Assembly (NCBI RefSeq): GCF_022045235.1
Contig: NW_027266266.1
Location: forward strand, 6,200,001-6,264,000
DNA: 64,000 bases
Source: Haliotis cracherodii
Lineage: Eukaryota
Direction of reading: 5' to 3'
The position numbers and the translations under genes were made by a program. This document shows, piece after piece, positions 1 through 10,896 of the stretch. Every line of letters starts with the position of its first letter. Within the stretch, counting starts at the first letter, position 1. A model generated the notes under the pieces. That model saw only the letters and a list, made by a program, of their open reading frames with translations. It did no database searches and had not been told where the DNA came from.

Positions 1-2329
1 GTATGCCAATTGCATGGATCGATGCTCATGGTGTCAATCACTGGATTGTCTGGTCCAGACTCGATTATATGCAGACCGCCGTCATATAGCTGGAATATTG
101 CTGAGTTTGGCGTTAAACAACAAACAAACGTTATTCATCATGTGACAGGTCAATACTGATTATGTGATGAGTCAATATTCGAGGCCAGTGTCAGTCACAT
201 GATTTAAGGGTCTATATTGAAAAGTATTGTTTCGTCATGTTTTGAATTGACCAATAAAAAGGTAAGATTCTTAATAGAGGTATAACAATTATTAATGTTA
301 ACCTGTCAAGTTACTTCTGCCTTCATAGACTGTAAAAAGTGTGACTTGTCTGTTGTTTAACTCAGCAATATTCCAGCTATATAATGGCTGACTGTAAATA
401 ATCCAGTCTTACCAGACAATCCAGACTTTTATTGTGAACAACAATCCATGCCATCGGGGTACAATACCACTCCATCATCCACGTCACCTTGCCTGACCAC
501 CCATCCATTTGTCGCATGTTATGTCCAGCATAGGTTGCTGCGGACCTATTCTAACCCTCAATCCCATGTGGTGCTTGATTGTAGCTGATGCCACTGGCAT
601 AGTCCCACGGAAATCTGAAGTAGAGCTGAGGTATGATAGCCCTTCGGCTGTATATGGTATACAGGGTTAGAAACTAACAGTTTTTGTCCACTAGTCCTCA
701 TAATGATAACATATAGCAAAACCCTTAAAAATGGCCAATTTCTACTAGTCCTTAGGATACCTTTACCATTGGGCAGTTTGCTAAGGACTACAGGACTAGT
801 GCCAATTTCTAACGCTGGTATATAGCGTGTAAATAGAGTAGAGAATAAGGTCGCCATTTGCAGATGTATCAATGCATATTTACACCTGATACAATACACC
901 ATTTGTCTACCCTTGTATCCATTCCTGTTTTAAGTTGGCGTCCATCTTTAAAAGTAAAGTCTTTCTTAACAAAAGATATTACTCACTTGATAACTATAAG
1001 GGATACCTTGACGTTAATCACTAATCAATATGCTATGAATAATGCTATTAGTAAGAGTGTAATTTGGCCATTTAGTCGAGAGAATGTCACTTTGCTGAGT
1101 AGGAACATGAATTTAACTTTGAGAAATGACTTAGATACAGTATCACGATAAATATTGTACTGTGACTCGGGTAACGATATGTATTGCAGTGAGGTAGGCG
1201 GGTATTAGGCATTGACATTGAAGTGGAGGACTGCTATGTATCTGCCCATAGGTGGAACTTTGCGATTACTGTGGATGTTCTCTCTTGACATTGCCCCTAC
1301 TGGGTGCCTCATCCATCTTCATCTTGACCTGAGAACCTCCTTATCTTCTCTGTACGATACAGTCCCAAGATAGTTAAGCACCACCCCTTTTGGGGGATGG
1401 GTGGGAGGTGGAGGGGGAGGTCTTTTGTCCTGTACTTACAGGTATGTGTCAGAGATCTGTACATACGCCATTGACTTCAGTTTGATATACCAGGGTATGT
1501 CTCAGAAACCACCATGGCTGCTGAAACAAATGAGAGGAACACTATGTTTCTCCAGATGGTAACAAGTCCTGCGTGGTACTGTTGGCAGAGGTGACGCAAT
1601 GCGCTGTGCAGAGTTGCTCCCCTTGGGCAGGCCAGAAGCTTGTTATTGTGGGTCCGAATCCCAGTTCGCCCCGATTATGTTTTTAGGTTTGTCAGCACCA
1701 TACCCGTGCTCATGGGTTTCAGAAAAGTGGTAAACATCTGAGACCCATCATCACCTGGCCTGCAGAGTGGCTATCTTCCTTACAGGTTCCTACATACTGC
1801 AATCATTGCTGTGGTACATGTTTCAAGGTTGGATTCATAACAAGCTTTCCTGTATTTCTAGTGACTTTAATTGTTTGTAATTGTTCTGTTGTAAGTCATC
1901 ATGAATACTGTTTACATCACGTCAGCCCAGGTCCACGTTCTTTGTCGATGACTCTGAATATGATCTTTGTACTATTTCTCTCTTTGTTGTAGACTGTTGA
2001 TGAAATGATTGAGTTCATGATATGGAGATCGGCAAGCGCTGGTTTTGGATGCTTGTGACCTTCATGTGTATTGCTATGTTCTGTGAGTGAGTGATACTGG
2101 ATGTTTCATATGGAAAACTCTACATATATATTGTTATGTTTCCATTGTAAATATTTTTCTTACATCATAATAAAACATTTTCATCATGAAATACTTTTGT
2201 CGTAGTTTCCATAAGCTGAAGCTCTACGAAGTCCACAACACCTTTTTCAAAGGAAATCTCTGCCAAAAGCAGAGTCCATTGTACAATTCCGACTCCGTCA
2301 TGAGCATGTTGTTATGAAGCTCTATCAAG

Positions 2330-2640
2330 TACTGATGACACCAGGTGTTCACGGTGTCCTGCTCCCACCGGTGGCACCATCACAAACACATGCAAGGGCA
2401 AGTCAAAATTGTTGACTTGTAAAAAACACAGGAACATATTATGGTACAAGTCAAAATAGGGAATTGCATCTGACATCATTTTTGTCACTGATGCCTCAAA
2501 TTTGGAAATGTCCCCCACATGTCTACCATGAAACTTGAATGAATGGTTTAAATTTGATCAAACATTTTTTTAACAAGAGCTGTGTGACACACTTTGAAAT
2601 CTTCGTAGAAATATACACAAACCAGCCTGTACCAGTGGTT
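2330..2640 (-). mobile_element. Same Naiad-like PLE 3' fragment family
   Basis: YEDFKVCHTALVKK ... KFHGRHVGDISKFEASVTKMMSDAIP plus the shared tail. Confidence 0.7.
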
Positions 2641-2809
2641 GATTATCAGATAGCATGAGCAGCAACCCACCTTCTGCCGATTCAACATTGGTTCATATTG
2701 TTTCAAGAACCTTTTTATTTTTCATTTTAAGAAAGGATCAACCATCTCATATTGTTGTTGCTAAAATGGTGTCTTGATTCGTGGTGGAAATTTTTAATCA
2801 AACTCAGAT

Positions 2810-5800
2810 AAGACACACAGTGTAACCACCCAAGGCGCACAGTGTAACCACCCAAGGTAAACAGTGTAACCACATAAGACAGGCATTGTAACCATCCAAG
2901 ACATACAGTGTAACCATCTAAGACACACATTGTAACCATCAAAGACACACAGTCTTACCATCAAAGACACACAGTGTAACCACCCAAGGTAAACAGTGTA
3001 ACCACCCAAGGTAAACAGTGTAACCACCCAAGACACACATTGTAACCATCAAAGACACACCGTCTTACCATCAAAGACACAGTGTAACCACCCAAGGTAA
3101 ACAGTGACACCACATAAGACAGGCATTGTAACCATCCAAGACATACAGTGTAACCATCTAAGACACACATTGTAACCATCAAAGACACACAGTCTTACCA
3201 TCAAAGACACACAGTGTAAACACCCAAGACACACAGTGTAACCACCCAAGGTAAACAGTGTAACCACCAAAGACACACATTGTAACCATCAAAGACACAC
3301 CGTCTTACCATCAAAGACACACAGTGTAACCACCCAAGGCACACAGTGTAACCATCCAAGACACATAGTGTAACCACCCAACACATTGTAACCATCAAAG
3401 ACACACAGTCTTACCATCAAAGGCACACAGTGTAACGACCCAAGGTTAACAGTGTAACCACCCAAGTCACACATTGTAACCATCCAAGGCACACATTGTA
3501 ACCACCCAAGGCACACAGTGTAACCGTCTAAGGCACACAGTGTAACGACCCAAGGTAACAGTGTAACCACCCAAGACACACAGTGTAACCATCCAAGACA
3601 CATAGTGTTACCACCCAAGGTAAACAGTGTAACCATCCAAGACACACAGTGTAACCATCCAAGACGCATAGTGTAACCACCCAAGGTAAACAGTGTAACC
3701 ATCCAAGGCACACATTGTAACCATCCAAGACACACAGTGTAACCATCCAAGACACACAGTGTAACCATCCAAGGCACACAGTGTAATGACCCAAGGTAAA
3801 CAGTGTAACCACCCAAGACACACAGTGTAACCACCCAAGACACACAGTGTAACCATCCAAGGCACATAGTGTAACCATCCAAGGCACACATTGTAACCAC
3901 CCAAGACACACATTGTAACCACCCAAGACACACAGTGTAACCACCCAAGGTAAACAGTATAACCGCCAAAGACACACATTGTAACCATCCAAGACACACA
4001 GTGTAACCACCCAAGGTAAACAGTGTAACCGCCAAAGACACACATTGTAACCATCAAAGACACATAGTGTAACCACCCAAGGTAAACAGTGTAACCACCC
4101 AAGACACACAGTGTAACCCTTCCAAGACACACAGTGTAACGACCCTAGGTAAACAGTGTAACCATCCAAGGCACACAGTGTAATGACCCAAGGTAAACAG
4201 TGTAACCACCCAAGACACACAGTGTAACCACCCAAGACACACAGTGTAACCATCCAAGGCACATAGTGTAACCATCCAAGGCACACATTGTAACCACCCA
4301 AGACACACATTGTAACCACCCAAGACACACAGTGTAACCACCCAAGGTAAACAGTGTAACCGCCAAAGACACACATTGTAACCATCAAAGACACATAGTG
4401 TAACCACCCAAGGTAAACAGTGTAACCACCCAAGACACACAGTGTAACCCTTCCAAGACACACAGTGTAACGACCCTAGGTAAACAGTGTAACCACCCAA
4501 GACACACAGTGCAACCATCCAAGACACATAGTGTAACCACCCAAGACACAGTGTAACCACCCATGGCACACAGTGTAACCATCCAAGACACATAGTGTAA
4601 CCACCCAAGACACAGTGTAACCACCCAAGACACACAGTGTAACCATCCAAGACACATAGTGTAACCACCCAACACATTGTAACCATCAAAGACACACAGT
4701 CTTACCATCAAAGGCACACAGTGTAACGACCCAAGGTTAACAGTGTAACCATCCAAGGCACACATTGTAACCGCCAAAGACACACATTGTAACCATCCAA
4801 GACACACAGTGTAACCACCCAAGGTAAACAGTGTAACCGCCAAAGACACACATTGTAACCATCAAAGACACATAGTGTAACCACCCAAGGTAAACAGTGT
4901 AACCACCCAAGACACACAGTGTAACCCTTCCAAGACACACAGTGTAACGACCCTAGGTAAACAGTGTAACCACCCAAGACACACAGTGCAACCATCCAAG
5001 ACACATAGTGTAACCACCCAAGACACAGTGTAACCACCCATGGCACACAGTGTAACCATCCAAGACACATAGTGTAACCACCCAAGACACAGTGTAACCA
5101 CCCAAGACACACAGTGTAACCATCCAAGACACATAGTGTAACCACCCAACACATTGTAACCATCAAAGACACACAGTCTTACCATCAAAGGCACACAGTG
5201 TAACGACCCAAGGTTAACAGTGTAACCACCCAAGTCACACATTGTAACCATCCAAGGCACACATTGGAACCACCCAAGGCACACAGTGTAACCGTCTAAG
5301 GCACACAGTGTAACGACCCAAGGTAACAGTGTAACAACCCAAGACACACAGTGTAACCATCCAAGACACATAGTGTTACCACCCAAGGTAAACAGTGTAA
5401 CCATCCAAGACACACAGTGTAACCATCCAAGACACATAGTGTAACCACCCAAGGTAAACAGTGTAACCATCCAAGGCACACATTGTAACCATCCAAGACA
5501 CACAGTGTAACCATCCAAGACACACAGTGTAACCATCCAAGACACACAGTGTAATGACCCAAGGTAAACAGTGTAACCACCCAAGACACACAGTGTAACC
5601 ACCCAAGACACACAGTGTAACCATCCAAGGCACATAGTGTAACCATCCAAGGCACACATTGTAACCACCCAAGACACACAGTGTAACCACCCAAGACACA
5701 CATTGTAACCACCCAAGATACACAGTGTAACCACCCAAGACACATAGTGTAACCACCCAAGGCACACAGTGTAACCACCCAAGACACACCGTGTAACCAC

Positions 5801-6350
5801 CCAAGACACACATTATAACCAACCAATACACACAGTGTAACCATCCAAGACACATAGTGTAACCATCCAAGACACACAGTGTAACCACCCAACTGCAAGG
5901 CACACAGTGTAATTACCCAAGGCACACAGTGTAAATACCCAAGGCAAACAATGTAACCACCCCAGGCACACAGTGTAATTACCCAAGGCACACAGTGTAA
6001 CCATCCAAGGAACCCAGTGTAACCATCCAAGGCACATAGTGTAACCATCCAAGGCACACAGTGTAACCATCCAAGACACATAGTGTAACCACCCAAGGCA
6101 CACAGTGTAACCACCCAAGCCACACAGTGTAACCACCCAAGACACACAGTGTAACCACCTAAGACACACAGTGTAACCATCCAAGACACATAGTGTAACC
6201 ACCCAAGACACACAGTGTAACCACCCAAGGTAAACAGTGTAACCACCCAAGACACACAGTGTAACCATCCAAGGCACACAGTGTAACCACCCAAGACACA
6301 CAGTGTAACCATCCAAGGCACATTTAAACCACCCAAGACACACAGTGTAC
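2810..6350. repeat. 22-bp minisatellite (AAGACACACAGTGTAACCACCC and variants) with higher-order blocks
   Basis: Continuous 20-22 bp units. Rare variants recur at 331, 477 and 1768 bp spacing. Confidence 0.97.
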
Positions 6351-7323
6351 CTGCCCAATTCTTGTAATCTTCATGTTGGAACTGTGTCCAGCATGACAGG
6401 TTTAGAGTCGCCCATGTAATTGTAATAGCATTGTGGGTTAATTAAAACATATCCTTTTTTATCATATAATGGGTAGGTTTCTCGGCAGAATAAAGCCAAC
6501 GGATAAAAACGATATCCGTTGGGGTCATATGCGGATAAAGATGCAAATATCAAAGGTCAAGTAGGGACAACCTTTTGTGTTTATAAACAAACATGGCGTC
6601 GCCCTTGTCTTTCGTCAATCGAATCAGAATTAACCATCGGGAATCTGGATAAACTACAGAGATAATTGCTATCATAAGCAAAAGAACAGTCTCATATACT
6701 TAAAATCAGTGTCTAACTGTGACGTCGCTAAGGCATTTTATAAGTTTGGGCAACTTTGGAGATATAAATTTCGAAACAATTTTGCGAGGGCACTAGCCCA
6801 TGCCAAGCGGGATCAGTAGCCATATCTGTGCTTGTAGACCTCTATGGCTTGAAACCTTTTCCACAAATTAAAATAGTTGGATTTGGCCGAAATATATTTG
6901 AATTGTTACCTTGTTTCGTTTTGTCGCTGTGTGTACATCTGATTGCACTTCTAACGTTTTGACAGGACAGGCCGACTGTCAACAACGTCTGATCGTGGCC
7001 ATGACGTCTCATAGACTAGGGTTAGAGTAGCTTCCCTTTGACAAAGGGCAGTTACTCTAGCGGACAGACCGATGGATTGCCGCGAAATGCAAGTGAAACA
7101 ATTTGTTGTTATGCGTATATATTTCTTCGCCACTGTAAAAGAAACAGATTTCTATTGGAACTATATTGGCTACTGTCACTGTCCGACTGACACTTCATTT
7201 ACCCTGTGACGTAATAAATATTAATGCGCGCATTCCAGGAAAACTCGCAATGTTGAGGTAATGTTTGTGAGAGAGGGAAAGCGATTTTCAAGCACAAAAT
7301 TAAAGAATGACATTATATGATAA

Positions 7324-7503
7324 AGAGGTTATCACGCTTGTGTGTTTGGGGATGGTAAATATTCTGTATTAGGAATAAACACTATGTATTTAGCTCGCCA
7401 AGGCTCGCTAAATACAATGTTTTCGCCAAGGCTCGCTAAATACAATGTTTATTCCTAATACAGGATATTTACCATCCCCAAACACACTCGCGTGATAACC
7501 TCT
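7324..7503. mobile_element. Palindromic foldback element, possibly Crypton-derived
   Basis: ~70-bp imperfect arms AGAGGTTATCACGC...TATTTAGC around a duplicated TCGCCAAGGCTCGCTAAATACAATGTTT centre. Confidence 0.6.
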
Positions 7504-7909
7504 ATATATTTGTGCACACAATTCATCCTGAAGTGACCAAGTACGGGGACTGGAAGGCTATAGGTTTGCTGTGGAATCTGCTGACCACTTGAGTGACAGA
7601 ACAAGGTAGTTTGACAAAGGATAAACATTTCTATGTATTATTTCTCAAAATAAACATCAACACACATACATCAACGCTTCATTCATGCAATACAGTGCAT
7701 TTTAGAAGTTTTCATCTCCTTAAATAAACATCGCTTCAAAACAAGACAATCTGTCTTCATGTTGTCGGGTGAACTGGCGATACCGCGCCTCCAACTGAAC
7801 GTCCGTTATAACTCATCTTTAAGACCGCTTACTTCCTAACTTCCTTGTGTTATTATCATTGGGAGTTGCGGTGGGGCTTCTTTAGAGAGAAGGCCTGTCG
7901 CAGGAAACT

Positions 7910-7970
7910 TATAAAAGCAATCTTTTCGCACAATAATCAAATCACACAGCCAAGCCCCAGGAACCACCAG
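7910..7970 (+). promoter_or_regulatory. TATA box and probable non-coding exon 1 of the insulin-related peptide gene
   Basis: TATAAAAG at 7910-7917, likely TSS near 7940, strong donor CAG|GTAAGC at 7970/7971. Insulin-family genes typically have a 5'-UTR intron, and the next strong acceptor context leads to ATG 9749. Confidence 0.6.
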
Positions 7971-8109
7971 GTAAGCGCGAGTGAGTGAATGCATGTTGTT
8001 TAACGCCGCACTATTCCAAATATATCACGGAGGCCGTAATTACTCGAATGTGGACATGGTAAACCATTGACTGACGTCATGAACACGGCTTGTGCAGTAA
8101 GGGCAATAT

Positions 8110-8286
8110 CCTCGTACCCGATAGGCTAGTCGACTCTTAACGGGGCATCAGGTATACTCCCCAGGGAGCTGAGAATGATTCTTGAGTGGACATTGATCCA
8201 GTGACTGGGGTAATAATAGCGCTTTGAGCATGCCCCTGAGTGGTGTGGAAGTATGCGCAATATAATTAGCCTTTCATTTTTATTAT
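8110..8286 (+). mobile_element. L2-type 3' tail (L2 LINE or L2-tailed SINE remnant)
   Basis: CTCCCCAGGGAGCTGAGA ... AGCGCTTTGAGCA ... GCGCAATATAA ... TTATTAT end motif. Confidence 0.55.
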
Positions 8287-8289
8287 GTA

Positions 8290-8735
8290 CAGATTAAAAT
8301 AAAAAATTCAGCAAAGTGGGTTTGGGTGATCCTGGCACAGTCAGGCTGGTTAGGTCCATCATCAGCTCAGGGCCCTTGCCCCCTCTACACGCCGCCCAGA
8401 CAGCGATGGGACTTCTCCCAGGAAGCGCTGCCTAATTAAACCCACCGAGAACCTTTCGGAGAATGTTTAGACTTCCCAACACTGCAGCCTTCTGCATTTC
8501 CCAGATTGTCAGAAGGGCTGTATTCCTGGTAGCTAACCCGGGTACTCTCCCAATGTCAGTCAACAGATTGGGAGGTACGAGCAAACCTAAGGCACCGAGA
8601 CAACTTGGTACTTGGGATGCAAGCATGACATTTCGAACGCGAAGTCCGCATATTTGCCATGTTTTTCCTCAATCTTGTCAATCACATTAGTGTTAAAAGG
8701 GACAGAAAATTCAATAATATAAATTATCAAAAAGG
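8290..8735 (-). mobile_element. 3' fragment of an RLE-type (R4/Dong-like) non-LTR retrotransposon
   Basis: Frameshifted IIEFSVPFNTNVIDKIEEKHGKY..E..VVSVP / GALG..MQKAAVLGSLNILRKVL, typical of the restriction-like endonuclease C-terminus. Confidence 0.8.
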
Positions 8736-8854
8736 ACAAGAACAGGTTTGTATGCCTGGATACATATGAGGCTGTAAACGGGCCTATTCCAAAGAAATTT
8801 ATATTTATCATTTTTCAATGACGCCCTCTCCGTTTGTCTGGATGACATGATACT

Positions 8855-9753
8855 TATGTCGTATATAAGATTCATAACCAATGGTATATGTTTCTTTAAG
8901 CTATGTCGTATATAAGATTCATAACCAATGGTATATATTTCTTTAAGCTATGTCGTATATAAGATTCATAATCAATGGTATATATTTCTTTAAGCTATGT
9001 CGTATATAAGATTCATAATCAATGGTATATATTTCTTTAAGCTATGTCGTTTATAAGATTCATAATCAAGGGTATATATTTCTTTAAGCTATGTCGTATA
9101 TAAGATTCATAATCAATGGTATATATTTATTTAAGCTATGTCGTATATAAGATTCATAATCAATGGTATATATTTCTTTAAGCTATGTCGTATATAAGAT
9201 TCATAATCAATGGTATATATTTCTTTAAGCTATGTCGTATATAAGATTCATAACCAATGGTATATATTTCTTTAAGCTATGTCGTATATAAGATTCATAA
9301 CCAATGGTATATATTTCTTTAAGCTATGTCGTATATAAGATTCATAATCAATGGTATATATTTCTTTAAGCTATGTCGTATATAAGATTCATAATCAATG
9401 GTATATATTTCTTTAAGCTATGTCGTATATAAGATTCATAATCAATGGTATATATTTCTTTAAGCTATGTCGTATATAAGATTCATAATCAATGGTATAT
9501 ATTTCTTTAAGCTATGTCGTATATAAGATTCATAATCAATGGTATATATTTCTTTAAGCTATGTCGTATATAAGATTCATAATCAATGGTATATATTTCT
9601 TTAAGCTATGTCGTATATAAGATTCATAATCAATGGTATTTATTTCTTAAAGCTATGTCGTATATAAGATTCATAATCAATGGTATATATTTCTTTAAGC
9701 TATGTCGTATATAAGATTCATAATCAATGGTATTTATTTCTTTAAGCTATGTC
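8855..9753. repeat. 47-bp satellite, ~19 near-identical units
   Basis: Unit AGCTATGTCGTATATAAGATTCATAATCAATGGTATATATTTCTTTA; period 47 (e.g. 9134 and 9181). Confidence 0.97.
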
Positions 9754-9941
9754 CATCAATGTCCTATGGTCGATCTGCTTGGTGTTCGGACTTCTGTGTG
9801 GTGCGCGGCCGGTATACGCAGGAACGACACGTGTTTGTTTCCTCAATGATCGCAACCCCGACCCCAGGGGTATCTGCAACAATGTCCCTGAACAAGTGTC
9901 GAAAATCTGCAGTGTATACGGGAGAAGCGTGCGTTCAGTTG
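9749..9941 (+). CDS. Molluscan insulin-related peptide, coding exon 1 (signal peptide, B chain, start of C peptide)
   Basis: Acceptor tttctttaag|CT-ATG. Reads MSINVLWSICLVFGLLCGARPVYA (signal), GTTRVCFLNDRNPDPRGICNNVPEQVSKICSVYG (three Cys, PxPRGIC as in MIP B chains), then RSVR (furin-type RxxR). Donor G|GTAAGT, phase 1. Confidence 0.92.
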
Positions 9942-10230
9942 GTAAGTTTGTGTCTTCTGTTTGTTTGTTGTTTAACGTCGCGATCAACAATATTTCAGCT
10001 ATATGATGGCGGTCTATTAATAATCGAGTCTGGACCAGATAATCCAGTGATTGTTATCATGAGAATTGATTCAGGCAATTATGATACGATGACATGCATC
10101 AACCAAGTCAGCGAGCCTGACCACCCGATCCCGTTAGTCGCCTCTCACAACAAGCATAATTACCTTTTACAGCAAGCATGGGTTGCTGACTCGGATAGTC
10201 ACTGGTAATGTGTCTACTATTAAAACAATC

Positions 10231-10498
10231 GGCACGGGTGGCCCAGTCGTCTAAGGCGCCGCGATTCGTTGTGCAGAGCTGCGTCCCTTGGGCACGCCAG
10301 AAACCTATGATTATGGGTTCGAATCCCGGTTCACCCCGATTATGTTTCTAGGTTTGTCAGCACCATAACCGTACTCGTGGGTTTCACCGAAGTGGTAAAC
10401 GTCTGAGACCTGCATCACTTCGGGCTTTCCTCCCACATTAAGTAGACACGCCGTGCAGTTAAAAGCGGCGCTAAACCTAACTCACTCACTCACTCACT
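10231..10498 (+). mobile_element. tRNA-headed SINE with V-domain-like body (family V)
   Basis: A box TGGCCCAGTCGTCTAAGG, B box GGTTCGAATCC, CGTGGGTTTC..TTTCCTCCCACA, (ACTC)n tail. Degenerate copies at ~1575-1760, 16655-17010, 21520-21695, 44527-44645 and 57829-57940. Confidence 0.9.
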
Positions 10499-10896
10499 CT
10501 GTTAAAACATTTAGTGTCTAATGACTACACTACAGACAGGAGGCTGCGTGTGTGTATGTGTATGTAATTTTACAGTACTTTGAAATTAAGTAAAAATTCA
10601 TTTCGATTACTTGTGTTACCTTTATCCAAAGTTGCGTATAGTCTGTGGGGTATATAGAGTTAAAACTTTAATAATTAATAATTAACTTGATTTAAAAAAT
10701 AAGATAATAAAATAGAAGAAAGTGTGGTTTACTCGATATATATTACGGTAATGTCCCTTCCAAAACCTCCATAAAATTTTGTTTTGTTTTCGTAAAGTTA
10801 TTAACATATGCTCGTTGCGAAGAAATCAAAACTGTTCACAACGTTTCTATTTTATTCACATAGTCTTACATTTTAAGTTGGTCGTAAATGAACAAA

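Noticed and set aside
558-1151. Short ORFs on both strands near the window start
   Set aside because: No recognisable motifs; probably decayed repeat sequence.
2727-6358. Many overlapping hydrophobic Cys/Trp-rich ORFs
   Set aside because: Translations of the 22-bp minisatellite; the same peptide cycles through all frames.
6371-6700. Short Tyr-rich ORF and AACATGGCG motif
   Set aside because: No homology recognised and no splice-supported gene model.
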